Of a stretch of DNA of 46,836 nt, positions 27,385 to 37,162 are shown piece by piece (the first letter of the stretch is position 1; each line of letters begins with the position of its first letter). The DNA lies in IMG/VR virus record IMGVR_UViG_3300027123_000194, positions 1-46,836 of that record, one strand, 5' to 3'. The translations under genes were made by a program, and so were the position numbers. Below the pieces are notes generated by a model. The model saw only the letters and a list, made by a program, of their open reading frames with translations. It was not told the origin of the DNA and did not search any database. Origin of the DNA: a virus.

Positions 27385-28041
27385 ATGGAAATGAATTATA
27401 ATCCAGAACATAAGTATAAAAAGTCTACAATCATTAAGATTGGACAGGATAAGCCAGTAGCTGCTAAGGAAAGACACTACGTCGATAAACAAGAATTTTA
27501 TGAGGCTCTTGTTGAACGCCGTATTCGTGTTGATAAGTATAAAGCAGATTTAGAAATGGGATTGGAAGCAAAACCCCCTAAGATATCAGATAAGATAGGC
27601 GAATGCATATTAAAGATATGCACTAATTTGGCCAAGAAATATAACTTCGCAAACTTACCTTTTAAAGATGAAATGATAGGTGATGCCGTTGAACAATGTA
27701 TAAAGTATATTGATTCTTTCGACATATATCAAACAAAAAACCCCTTTTCGTATTTTACACAAACAGCATATTACCGTTACCTTGACCGAATAAAACTTGA
27801 AGAAGAGGAAACGTATGTCAAATATAAAGCATTGATGCAATCTCTAGTTTTATCAGAGCTTTCAGAACGTGACACAAACGCAGATAATTCCGAGCATTTA
27901 CATGATAACATAGTTCTTCCAGACTTAGACCATGTTACTGATTTTATCAAACGTTTTGAAGATAAGCAAGAAAACAATAAGAAAAAAACAAAAGTAAAAA
28001 AGAGCAAGGCTGCTACCCTTGATGATATATGGGCTTCTTAA
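27385..28041 (+). CDS. 55: T4 gp55-like late sigma factor
   Basis: Sigma region-2-like AVEQCIKYIDSFDIYQTKNPFSYFTQTAYYRYLDRIKLEEEETYVKYKAL; position before gene 47. Confidence 0.88.
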   Translation: MEMNYNPEHKYKKSTIIKIGQDKPVAAKERHYVDKQEFYEALVERRIRVDKYKADLEMGLEAKPPKISDKIGECILKICTNLAKKYNFANLPFKDEMIGDAVEQCIKYIDSFDIYQTKNPFSYFTQTAYYRYLDRIKLEEEETYVKYKALMQSLVLSELSERDTNADNSEHLHDNIVLPDLDHVTDFIKRFEDKQENNKKKTKVKKSKAATLDDIWAS

Positions 28042-28051
28042 AAGGAATAAT

Positions 28052-28210
28052 AAAATGGATACAATAAACAATATACAAGTAGATGCTAACTTCACCCACA
28101 ATATAATAACTTCTTATATGGTTTGTTATGATGATAATGTTTTCAACCCGATTGAATATTGCAATAACGTAAACTTAATGTTAGATAATCTTTCCATTAA
28201 AGTGTCGTAA
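28052..28210 (+). CDS. small hypothetical protein
   Basis: ORF from MDTINNIQVDA... Confidence 0.5.
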   Translation, partial: KMDTINNIQVDANFTHNIITSYMVCYDDNVFNPIEYCNNVNLMLDNLSIKVS

Positions 28211-28222
28211 GGTGAACATCAC

Positions 28223-29311
28223 ATGAAAATAGCATTTTTAGGTGATGTTCATTTCGGAATCAGGAATGATTCCGAAATACTTGCTGAGTATCAAAAAAAG
28301 TTTTTTATTGATGTGTTTTTTCCATATCTTAAAGAAAATGGTATTAGGAAAGTTATACAGGTTGGTGATTTTTTTGATCGCCGCCAATATATTAACTTCA
28401 AAACTCTTCATACATTAAAAGAATATTTCCCTAAACTATTACAAGATTATGATGTTGAAATATATGTTTTACTTGGAAATCATGATACTGCATTAAAAAG
28501 TTCCAATCACATAAACTCACCAAATTTGTTATTGAGTGATATACCAAACATACATGTTATCTCAACATTAACTGAATTGACATTAAACGAAAATAATGAT
28601 ACATTTACATGTGCAATAATACCTTGGATAAACAATTCTAACTACGCTGAGTCTATAAGCTTTATAAACAATACTGTTTGTGATTATGTCGCCGGGCACT
28701 TTGAATTGAAAGGTTTTGAAATGCATCGTGGTCATGTTTGCGAAACAGGAATGGATATAGAAATATTTGATCGCTTTCACAAAGTAATATCAGGCCATTT
28801 TCACACAAAATGTGACAGGGGAAATATTTTGTATACTGGAACACCGTATGAATTAAATTGGAATGATTGGAACGATAAAAAGGGGTTTTGGATTCTTGAC
28901 ACAAATACACATGAAATTAATTTCACTGTCAATCCCCATACACTATTTCACAAAATGGAGTATTGGAACACTCTTGAAAATGAAATAGTTCGTATAGACC
29001 CTCCAACTGATAGTATTAAAGGGAAGTATATCAAACTAATTTGTATAAAAAAAGAAGATGACTTAGCGTTTGAGCAATTTATTAAGAAATCATTGATGGA
29101 AATGCCAAGCGACTTGAATGTTGTTCTTTCTTCTGTTGAAATGTCAGATGATATGGATATTGATACGGCAAACAAAACTCTTACCCAGCTTATAATAGAA
29201 AATGTCAATAATTTAGATTTGAGTGAAATGACAGCAGACCCAGAAGATTTGAGAAAATCTACAATTGATCTTTTGGTTGGTATACACGCAGAAATAGGTG
29301 CAGAAATATGA
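28223..29311 (+). CDS. 47: T4 gp47-like SbcD/Mre11-type recombination nuclease subunit
   Basis: FLGDVHFGI, VGDFFDRR, LLGNHD, SGHFH motifs. Confidence 0.95.
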   Translation: MKIAFLGDVHFGIRNDSEILAEYQKKFFIDVFFPYLKENGIRKVIQVGDFFDRRQYINFKTLHTLKEYFPKLLQDYDVEIYVLLGNHDTALKSSNHINSPNLLLSDIPNIHVISTLTELTLNENNDTFTCAIIPWINNSNYAESISFINNTVCDYVAGHFELKGFEMHRGHVCETGMDIEIFDRFHKVISGHFHTKCDRGNILYTGTPYELNWNDWNDKKGFWILDTNTHEINFTVNPHTLFHKMEYWNTLENEIVRIDPPTDSIKGKYIKLICIKKEDDLAFEQFIKKSLMEMPSDLNVVLSSVEMSDDMDIDTANKTLTQLIIENVNNLDLSEMTADPEDLRKSTIDLLVGIHAEIGAEI

Positions 29312-29490
29312 GAAAAGATGTAGCAGATTTTATAACTGACTTAATTAGCTTTTGGCATGACTGTTCTGCCTCTGATTCCCTTAGTGTTTTCTTAGGTCTG
29401 AGCGACAAAGAATATGAAACTTTTATTCGTCACTGCACCGTACCAAAAGAATATGAAGAAAAGATAATAAAAATAATTGAGGGAAAATAA
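29308..29490 (+). CDS. small hypothetical protein
   Basis: ATGA overlap with gene 47. Confidence 0.55.
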   Translation: MRKDVADFITDLISFWHDCSASDSLSVFLGLSDKEYETFIRHCTVPKEYEEKIIKIIEGK

Positions 29491-29492
29491 TA

Positions 29493-29783
29493 ATGAAAAA
29501 TAAAATCAAAAAATTAATAAATGATTATACCATAAATTTTAATGTTATGAAGCTCGATGGCACTGACAATGAACTTTTGCGTCTCGTTGATAATATAATA
29601 GATATTGTACACGATGAAGATAAAAAACCCAATATGTATGTGCCTATAAATAATTTGGAAGAAGAATATATTAGACAATTACGACAACAATTCATTTTCG
29701 ATAATTATAAAGATAAAAACAGAGAATTGTTAGTTAAACAAGCAGATTATTTTATTAACTACATTATGACTGGAAAAAGCTAA
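29493..29783 (+). CDS. hypothetical protein, 96 aa
   Basis: ORF followed by terminator AAAGGAACGAAAGTTCCTTTTTT. Confidence 0.6.
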   Translation: MKNKIKKLINDYTINFNVMKLDGTDNELLRLVDNIIDIVHDEDKKPNMYVPINNLEEEYIRQLRQQFIFDNYKDKNRELLVKQADYFINYIMTGKS

Positions 29784-29806
29784 AGGAACGAAAGTTCCTT
29801 TTTTCT
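29782..29806 (+). terminator. rho-independent terminator
   Basis: AAGGAAC-GAAA-GTTCCTTTTTTC. Confidence 0.85.
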
Positions 29807-29815
29807 TTAAGGCTA

Positions 29816-29844
29816 TTGACAAACAGTTACACATACTATACAAT
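29816..29844 (+). promoter_or_regulatory. sigma70-like promoter for gene 45
   Basis: TTGACA-17-TACAAT. Confidence 0.8.
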
Positions 29845-29884
29845 ACACCACATATGGAACAAACACATATATAAAGGAATTAAA

Positions 29885-30541
29885 ATGAAATTGAAATTAA
29901 ACCAAAACTCTATTGAAGTATTGAAGAACTTTGCGGCTATTTGTAACAACATACAATTTAAGACAGGAAACGTTGTTAAAACACGCTCTGCTTCTAACAC
30001 TGTGATTGGTATGGCTACGTTGGATCAAACAATACCTACCGATTTTGCTGTATTTGACCTCTCTAAGTTTTTGTCGGTACTGTCTTTGTATAAAGACCCT
30101 GAATTAGATTTTAATGATCGTTATGTATCAATCGGTGAAGATAATCGTTACGTCAAGTATCAATATTCAGACCCAAAAACAATCGTTTCTTTTGACTACG
30201 ACAAAAAGCTTAAATCACCTCCTGTTTTAACAACCTTTAAAATAACTAATGAGCAATTCATTCGTATTATGAAGGCATCTAGTGTCCTTTCTTCACAAAA
30301 TATTGTTATCGAAGGAAAAGATGGAAAGATATACGTCATGACACAAGATATAAAAAACCCAGCGAGTGACGTTTTTGAAATTGAGATTGGTGCCACTGAA
30401 AAAACATTCAAGGTTGTCTATGACGCATCAGTTTTCAAATTATTGCCAGAAGATTATAACGTAACAATTTTTGAATCTCAAATGACAATGCTTGAATGTG
30501 ATCGTGTGACTTATTATATCGCAGCAACAATTACCAAGTAA
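29885..30541 (+). CDS. 45: sliding clamp (T4 gp45-like)
   Basis: MKLKLNQNSIEVLKNFAAICNNIQFKTGNVVKTRS...; synteny with 44. Confidence 0.9.
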   Translation: MKLKLNQNSIEVLKNFAAICNNIQFKTGNVVKTRSASNTVIGMATLDQTIPTDFAVFDLSKFLSVLSLYKDPELDFNDRYVSIGEDNRYVKYQYSDPKTIVSFDYDKKLKSPPVLTTFKITNEQFIRIMKASSVLSSQNIVIEGKDGKIYVMTQDIKNPASDVFEIEIGATEKTFKVVYDASVFKLLPEDYNVTIFESQMTMLECDRVTYYIAATITK

Positions 30542-30596
30542 CCCAGCATTCAACAGGGTTTTCAAAACCCTGTTCATTTCAAACAAAGAGAGAATA

Positions 30597-31544
30597 ATGT
30601 ATAACTTAGAGCATGCTATTTGGGCAGAAAAATACAGACCGACAACTGTTAACGAATGTATTTTGCCAAAAAACACAAAGAAATCGGCATTAGGGTTTCT
30701 TAAAAGTGGTAAACTACCAAACCTTTTATTGTCTGGCCCTGCCGGAACAGGTAAAACCACTCTTGCCAAGGCACTATGCGCTGAATTGGGGTATGAGGTA
30801 ATGGTAATTAATGGTTCAAACGAAGGACGCCTAATTGATACCCTTAGAACTAAAATAACTCAGTTTGCAAGCACATATTCATTTGATGACACAAGAAAAT
30901 GTGTAATTATAGACGAAGCTGATTACTTGACTACTGATTCAGTTCAACCAGCTTTGCGTAACTTTATTGATGAGTTTTCGGTGAATTGTACATTTATACT
31001 TACCTGTAATTTTCCTAATCGTTTGATGGAGCCAATTCATTCTAGATGTACAAATATTGACTTCACAATACCGGCTGATGAACATCAAAATATGGTTAAG
31101 GAAATGTTTATTCGAACATCATTAATATTGGATGATAATGAAGTTGAATATGATAAGGTAAGTTTAGGAAAGATTGTAAAGAAATACTTTCCGGATTTCA
31201 GAAAAGTAATTAACACAGTTCAGCGTATAGCTGCAATTGGTAAAATAGATTCTGAAACAATTAATGCTGTCGAATCTGCTGGTATTGATGACCTAATTGA
31301 AATATTGTGTAAGAAAAACTTTACAGGAATGCGTAAATGGGTTGCATCAACACCAAATTTGGAAATGACAGCCTTATGTAGAAAGATTTATGATAAATCC
31401 AATACATTTATCGTGAATGATAGTTTGCCGCAACTAGTTCTTCATCTTGCAGATTATCAATATAAAGATAATTTTGTTGCAGATAAAGAAATTAATATAG
31501 TTGCACTTTTAACTCAAATAATGATGGATTGTGAAACAAAATGA
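30597..31544 (+). CDS. 44: clamp loader large subunit (T4 gp44-like)
   Basis: AEKYRPTTVNECILP, Walker A GPAGTGKTT, IIDEAD, HSRC. Confidence 0.96.
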   Translation: MYNLEHAIWAEKYRPTTVNECILPKNTKKSALGFLKSGKLPNLLLSGPAGTGKTTLAKALCAELGYEVMVINGSNEGRLIDTLRTKITQFASTYSFDDTRKCVIIDEADYLTTDSVQPALRNFIDEFSVNCTFILTCNFPNRLMEPIHSRCTNIDFTIPADEHQNMVKEMFIRTSLILDDNEVEYDKVSLGKIVKKYFPDFRKVINTVQRIAAIGKIDSETINAVESAGIDDLIEILCKKNFTGMRKWVASTPNLEMTALCRKIYDKSNTFIVNDSLPQLVLHLADYQYKDNFVADKEINIVALLTQIMMDCETK

Positions 31545-32047
31545 ATATATTGAAAGATTTAACTGCGATTGTTGATGTCGCAGTTAATATGCTTGATAGC
31601 CGTATTATCAACGATAAGAGAAACGATGAAAAACCAACAGACGGAACACTTTTAACAAAAACTGTTGTCTTTAATCAGAGTGAGTATAAAATTTCTTTGG
31701 GTATTATTGACGAGCTTACTGCAATAAAAACATTTATAACAAAAGACATTAAAGAAGATATTAATTTGTATTCAATAACACCTATTACCGGATATTATGA
31801 ATCATCTTTTGATTATATGATTGAGGCAACTATTGAATATACAGTTGCTAAGAAAGAGTTTAAGGATGGAAACCTTGTTAAGCATGTGAAAAGCGGCGGC
31901 TTTTATCGTGTCCTTAGTAATAATGTTTTAAATGAAGCAGATAAAACAAAAATGGTAGTGTACCTTTCATTGCAAGATGGTGTTATATGGGTAAGACCAT
32001 CGTCAGAGTTCAATGACGGAAGGTTTGTTTTGGCAATGAGCCTATAA
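31541..32047 (+). CDS. hypothetical protein with DUF1653-like C-terminal segment
   Basis: HVKSGGFYRVLSNNVLNEADKTKMVVYLSLQDGVIWVRPSSEFNDGRF. Confidence 0.6.
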   Translation: MNILKDLTAIVDVAVNMLDSRIINDKRNDEKPTDGTLLTKTVVFNQSEYKISLGIIDELTAIKTFITKDIKEDINLYSITPITGYYESSFDYMIEATIEYTVAKKEFKDGNLVKHVKSGGFYRVLSNNVLNEADKTKMVVYLSLQDGVIWVRPSSEFNDGRFVLAMSL

Positions 32048-32069
32048 TGTTTACCAAAGGTAAAACAGA

Positions 32070-32492
32070 ATGATAATATACAAACTGGCAAAAGAAAACA
32101 TTTTCTTCAAATATTTGGAAACTGTTGGTGATTTAACAAAAATACAATCTATTGGCAATGGGAAAACATATAACATTCAAAGTTGGAGATTGTTGATAGA
32201 TTACGTCCCGTATTATGAAAATACTGGTATAATGGCAATAAAAGCAGATGAAGAACGTACATGGTATCTAAATCCAATAGATTATTGGCTAAAAAATTTT
32301 CATATTCAAGATTCTAAATTGAATATGAAAATAGAAGGTATGGAAGAAGTAGCAGATCATACTTATATGTTACTGAATAATATACCCGGAGACGGTAATC
32401 AAGAATTATTACGTGCTGGTGTGCTTATTGTCACAAACCCAGAGTGGTATTATCAGAAACCAAATTATAAAGACCCTGATTATGAAAAATGA
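32070..32492 (+). CDS. hypothetical protein, 140 aa
   Basis: ORF. Confidence 0.65.
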   Translation: MIIYKLAKENIFFKYLETVGDLTKIQSIGNGKTYNIQSWRLLIDYVPYYENTGIMAIKADEERTWYLNPIDYWLKNFHIQDSKLNMKIEGMEEVADHTYMLLNNIPGDGNQELLRAGVLIVTNPEWYYQKPNYKDPDYEK

Positions 32493-32943
32493 TTTATCAA
32501 AAATTGTATACGTTGATATGGATGATACTATTGCTAATTATAGAAAGGCAATGTTAGAAAATCCATATAACTTGGACTACCCGCAAAGTGTTGTGGGATT
32601 TTATCTTGGGTTAGAACCATTAGAATATGCAGTCGAATCAGTAAAATATATTGATAGCTTGGACGATTATGACATTTGGTTTTTAACTGCGCCATCTGTC
32701 ATAAACGCTCACTCATACACAGAAAAACGTTTATGGATAGAAAAGTATTTCGGCCATGATAAATGTCATCAATTAATAATTGCACCGCATAAAGGTTTGC
32801 TACTTGGTCAATATTTAATTGATGACATTACTTTTGGTAAAGGTCAAGATAGCTTTACCGGAGAATTGATACATTATGGTTCACTGCGATATCCTAATTG
32901 GAATGTAATTGTAAAATACTTAGAAAATAAAAGAGAGAATTGA
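32482..32943 (+). CDS. 5'(3')-deoxyribonucleotidase-like HAD phosphatase
   Basis: VYVDMDDTIANYRKAM..., WFLTAPS, LLGQYLIDDITF. Confidence 0.85.
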   Translation: MKNDLSKIVYVDMDDTIANYRKAMLENPYNLDYPQSVVGFYLGLEPLEYAVESVKYIDSLDDYDIWFLTAPSVINAHSYTEKRLWIEKYFGHDKCHQLIIAPHKGLLLGQYLIDDITFGKGQDSFTGELIHYGSLRYPNWNVIVKYLENKREN

Positions 32944-32944
32944 T

Positions 32945-33229
32945 ATGCCATGTTATGATGCCGAATCGGCAATGGACAGAGAAGAAGAAAGAAAAAAGAT
33001 TGCTGAATATGAAAAAATAAAATCTTTATTGTGTAGTACCTGTAGAATATTACAACAAAAAGGATATGACTTTGCACAAAACCCAGCATTACATGAATGG
33101 TGGTATGAACATCAAATTGAAGATAAGAAAAAAACCGAAGCGAAAATTATAAGTTCTATAAATCGTGAGCGTCAAGTACCATTAACAAATGAACAAATAA
33201 AACTAATGAAAATATATGGAATAATATAA
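32945..33229 (+). CDS. hypothetical protein, 94 aa (MPCYD..., LLCSTCRILQQ)
   Basis: ORF. Confidence 0.65.
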   Translation: MPCYDAESAMDREEERKKIAEYEKIKSLLCSTCRILQQKGYDFAQNPALHEWWYEHQIEDKKKTEAKIISSINRERQVPLTNEQIKLMKIYGII

Positions 33230-33990
33230 TGCTACATTTGTATAATTATAATGGTCTGCCTTTTTACACTAACGACGATATTTCTTTACGAAATCATTTC
33301 ATTGCTACAATATCTGAAAAAATAAAAAATATACTTTGGGAGCAGAATAGAGCATGGGATTTTCATCAAATAGAATCATGTTCATTAATACCAACTGAAT
33401 ACGTTAATAGTAATTATACAGAAGAGGATGTTTATTTTATTGGTGATTTAGCTTTGAAGCCTGAAACTACATCGGCAAGTTATTTTTATGCGGAGCATCT
33501 TTTCAATCAGCAACAAAAATTACCATTGTGTGTGTATCAAGCAAGTAAAAGTTTCCGTAAGGAACAAGACCAAGCGACTAAACATTGCCGATTCAAAGAG
33601 TTTTACCAATTAGAGTTTCAGTGCATTTATTCAGAAGATACAAAAAATGATTATCAACGTAATGTTATTGAAAAACTTGCTAACATGTTTAGTGAATTAT
33701 TGACACTTCCAACTAGAATAGTTTTATCTGATAGATTACCGTCATACTCACTAAAAACAATAGACATTGAAGTTTTTAATAATGATAAGTGGATGGAAAT
33801 AAGTAGTGTTTCGTTGCGAAATGACTTTAAGTACAAGCCTATAATGAAAAATAAAGAAATTAGGTGTTTAGTTTTAGAAATTGCAATTGGTCTTGACCGT
33901 TTGATTTATAATAATTCTTTAAAGAAAACAGTTAATAATATTTCGGTATCTAATTTATTGGAACAAGATATTGTCAACATTTCGCAATGA
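33229..33990 (+). CDS. truncated class II aminoacyl-tRNA synthetase-like protein (GlyRS/ProRS-type core)
   Basis: ALKPETTSASYFYAEHLF; motif-2-like SFRKEQDQATKHCRFKEFYQLEFQCIY; motif-3-like LEIAIGLDRLIY. Confidence 0.8.
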   Translation: MLHLYNYNGLPFYTNDDISLRNHFIATISEKIKNILWEQNRAWDFHQIESCSLIPTEYVNSNYTEEDVYFIGDLALKPETTSASYFYAEHLFNQQQKLPLCVYQASKSFRKEQDQATKHCRFKEFYQLEFQCIYSEDTKNDYQRNVIEKLANMFSELLTLPTRIVLSDRLPSYSLKTIDIEVFNNDKWMEISSVSLRNDFKYKPIMKNKEIRCLVLEIAIGLDRLIYNNSLKKTVNNISVSNLLEQDIVNISQ

Positions 33991-33994
33991 AATG

Positions 33995-34023
33995 TTGACA
34001 AATTGTAACATTGAAGGTATACT
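33995..34023 (+). promoter_or_regulatory. sigma70-like promoter for gene 62-43
   Basis: TTGACA-17-TATACT. Confidence 0.8.
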
Positions 34024-34044
34024 ACCACACACATGGAGAAAAGT

Positions 34045-34449
34045 ATGGCAGAAATGGGATTTATAGAGGCATTGAACTCTATTAACAGTCGTGAAAAAAT
34101 AAACATTATACGTGAATCAGATAGTCCAGAAGCCGCCGAAAAACAATACCCACCTTTTCCAGTTTTACGCTCATTATCATATAGCCTTGATAGCGTCCTC
34201 TTCATCAATGAATTGAACATTAGAGGTCTGTCTCAATTTAATGTAAGTAACTTGATGCATTATGAGTTTTTACTTTATCTTATACCGCCTGCGAAACGTT
34301 TTAATAAATGGGTCAAGGTTGAAAAGAATGAAACAATTGAAAATATTATCAAGTATTACAATGTGAGTTTTGATAAGGCTAGAGATATATATGATATTTT
34401 GACCGAAGAACAACGAAAAGAATTAGATAAGATTTACGAAAAGAAATAA
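34045..34449 (+). CDS. 62: clamp loader small subunit (T4 gp62-like)
   Basis: FIEALNSINSREKINII...YPPFPVLRSLSYSLDSVLFINELN...FLLYLIPPAKRFNKWVK pattern of gp62 family; adjacent to gene 43. Confidence 0.8.
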   Translation: MAEMGFIEALNSINSREKINIIRESDSPEAAEKQYPPFPVLRSLSYSLDSVLFINELNIRGLSQFNVSNLMHYEFLLYLIPPAKRFNKWVKVEKNETIENIIKYYNVSFDKARDIYDILTEEQRKELDKIYEKK

Positions 34450-34481
34450 TAGGAACCCATAGGGGCAAAGGGAATAAATTT

Positions 34482-37133
34482 ATGGCAAAATACTACAAAA
34501 ACTTTTATGTACACAAAAATAATGTTTTAGTTAGAGAGTATGACAACGGCATAGAAAACCGCTACAAAAGACGCATCGAACCGTCTTACTATTTTGAGAC
34601 TGACAAAGAGTCTGAATACAAAACATTGCTTGGCAAATCATTAATTAAGATGGATTTTACATCACAATACGACGCAAAGCAATGGTTCGATACATACGAA
34701 ACAATGAAGCATAAAATATTCGGGTTTCCCCATTATGAATATATCATGATGAATGAAATGTATCCCGGCGACCTTTCAAGAGTTTTCAATACTGAACATC
34801 TAGTTGTTGGTAATGTCGATATTGAAACGGAAACCGAATATGGGTTTCCTGATATTGAAAAGGCTAATGAAAAGATAAGTTTGATATCATTGTCTTTAAA
34901 TGGAAATGGTCATAAAGGCGAAATATATTGTTTTGGTTACAAAGATGCTGTAATTAATGATAAAGATGCCAAGTTTATAAAATGTTTGGATGAAAAAGAC
35001 TTACTGAAAAAATTTATACAACTTTGGGTTTCTAGTAATATAGATTATATTACAGGATGGAACATTGAAGGATTCGACTTGCCGTATTTGGTTAATCGCA
35101 TAGAGTTAGTTTTGGGTGAAGATTTTGTCAAAATGCTTTCGCCTTGGAAAATTGTAACTAAGAGAAATGCCAAAAATGGTTTTGGTAAAGATACTATAAA
35201 GGTAGAGATAGCTGGAATTAATATATTTGATTATCTTGAACTATATAAAAAGTTTTCGGGAAATCAGGCAGAGTCTTACAAGCTTGATTATATTGCAAAC
35301 TTGGAATTAGGTGACAAAAAAGTTGAATATGATTGTTCTTTCAAAGATTTTTATACTAATCATTGGCAAACATTTGTCGAGTATAACATCCATGACGTTC
35401 GTTTGGTACGTAAACTTGATGAAAAGCTTGGTTTCATTTCGTTGGGATGTACGCTTGCTTACAAGGCAAAAATACTACCGTTTGATATATTCACCACTAT
35501 TCGTATTTGGGATGTTATCATTACTAATGCGTTGAGTTCAAGAAAAATAATGGTTCCAACCTTTATCAGTGGTGATTCAGCAACATATGGTGGTGGCTAT
35601 GTTAAAGACCCGTTATCTGGGTATTACGAATGGTTGTTGTCTATTGACGCCACATCTCTTTATCCGAGCATTGAACGTACATTTAACATTTCGATGGAAA
35701 CTATTTTGAATCCAACGACGTTTATACCATTGGAACCAAACGATATTATTTTCAATACCGAAAAGTATCAAAAAGCCCGTGAGTTGGCACATAGCCTGAA
35801 CGCATGTTTGACCGCTAATGGTGCAATGTTCAAGAAAGACAAACAAGGTATTATCCCTGAGCTAAACGAGTTTTACTTCAATCAGCGTAAGGCTGAAAAG
35901 AGCTTAGGTAAAGATTATGAAAAGGCGGCGGCACATATAGAAAAAGTATTTGTTAATCGTGGAGTAAAGGTTGATGAAATTGTTCGTGATAACACTACAA
36001 CTTTCCAGTTGTATAAACATGATCAATTAACCGAAATGACTAATGAACAGTTGAAGTATTTGATGGAAAATTATTCAGCAAAAGCGATTATACAGAAAAA
36101 TATTGAACAGGCTATTAAGATTCTTATCAATTCTTTGTATGGTTATCTTGGCTCTGGATACTCTAGATTCTATAACAAATATATGGCAGAAGCAATTACA
36201 TTAACAGGTCAAGCACTTATTCAAAAATCTGCGCAGTTTATTAATGATGACCTTAATAAAATAACTGGTGTGGAAAAAGATCGTATTGTTGGTATAGATA
36301 CAGATTCTAACTATATTGATCTTACTGATGTTGTTTATTCTCCAAAAACAAATTGGTATAAAAAGTCAAAGGATGAAATCACAACACTTTTAGATAAGTT
36401 TTGTGATTCAAGATTGGAAAAAACTATAGAAAAGGGTTTTGACGATCTTATCATGGGGGAAATGAATGGTTTTGAGCAGTGTATTTTCATGAAACGTGAA
36501 GCAATTGGTGCCGGAGTATTTGTTCAAAAGAAACGTTATACAATGTATGTTTACGATAATGAAAAAGTTCGTTATTCTAAACCAAAATTGAAAATTACTG
36601 GTCTTGAGGCAATTCGATCAACAACACCAAAATATTTCCGTGAAAAGATGAAAAAGATTTATGAAATGATGTATACCTCAACACAGGAAGACATTTATAA
36701 AGAAGTTGAGGGTATTCGTAAAGAATACTTTGAAATGGATATTTCATTAATAGGGAAACCAACGGGGGTTAATGATTTGGAAAAGCATGAAAATGGTTCC
36801 AAAGAGCTTGGTAATTTCGCCAAAGGCGCACCCGGCCACGTTAAAGCGGCAATGACATATAATCGTTTGATAAAATATTTTGCAATTGATCATACATACA
36901 AGAATATTGTGTCCGGTGATAAAATAAAGCTTTATGAGGTTAGAGTACCAAATCCATATAAGAACGACAAAATAGCAATAGTAGACAAATTACCTCCTGA
37001 GTTTGAGCTTGATAAATATGTGGATCGTGAAACTATGTTCCATGACTATTTTATTAAACCAGTTAGTGCGGTTCTTGCAATCCGTAATTGGTATGCGGAA
37101 GAACCTGTAAATCTAGATGGTTTGTTTGTTTAA
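34482..37133 (+). CDS. 43: family B DNA polymerase (T4 gp43-like)
   Basis: NVDIETE, SIDATSLYPSI, KILINSLYGYLG, DTDSNY motifs; 883 aa. Confidence 0.97.
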   Translation: MAKYYKNFYVHKNNVLVREYDNGIENRYKRRIEPSYYFETDKESEYKTLLGKSLIKMDFTSQYDAKQWFDTYETMKHKIFGFPHYEYIMMNEMYPGDLSRVFNTEHLVVGNVDIETETEYGFPDIEKANEKISLISLSLNGNGHKGEIYCFGYKDAVINDKDAKFIKCLDEKDLLKKFIQLWVSSNIDYITGWNIEGFDLPYLVNRIELVLGEDFVKMLSPWKIVTKRNAKNGFGKDTIKVEIAGINIFDYLELYKKFSGNQAESYKLDYIANLELGDKKVEYDCSFKDFYTNHWQTFVEYNIHDVRLVRKLDEKLGFISLGCTLAYKAKILPFDIFTTIRIWDVIITNALSSRKIMVPTFISGDSATYGGGYVKDPLSGYYEWLLSIDATSLYPSIERTFNISMETILNPTTFIPLEPNDIIFNTEKYQKARELAHSLNACLTANGAMFKKDKQGIIPELNEFYFNQRKAEKSLGKDYEKAAAHIEKVFVNRGVKVDEIVRDNTTTFQLYKHDQLTEMTNEQLKYLMENYSAKAIIQKNIEQAIKILINSLYGYLGSGYSRFYNKYMAEAITLTGQALIQKSAQFINDDLNKITGVEKDRIVGIDTDSNYIDLTDVVYSPKTNWYKKSKDEITTLLDKFCDSRLEKTIEKGFDDLIMGEMNGFEQCIFMKREAIGAGVFVQKKRYTMYVYDNEKVRYSKPKLKITGLEAIRSTTPKYFREKMKKIYEMMYTSTQEDIYKEVEGIRKEYFEMDISLIGKPTGVNDLEKHENGSKELGNFAKGAPGHVKAAMTYNRLIKYFAIDHTYKNIVSGDKIKLYEVRVPNPYKNDKIAIVDKLPPEFELDKYVDRETMFHDYFIKPVSAVLAIRNWYAEEPVNLDGLFV

Positions 37134-37162
37134 AAAATTTACATAATTAGGAAAAATATATA

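Noticed and set aside
31541-32047. Calling this ORF gp62 from its position after gene 44
   Set aside because: The sequence does not fit gp62, whereas 34045..34449 shows the gp62-like pattern and abuts gene 43.
32070-32492. Possible RegA translational repressor by position
   Set aside because: No recognisable RegA signature; left as hypothetical.
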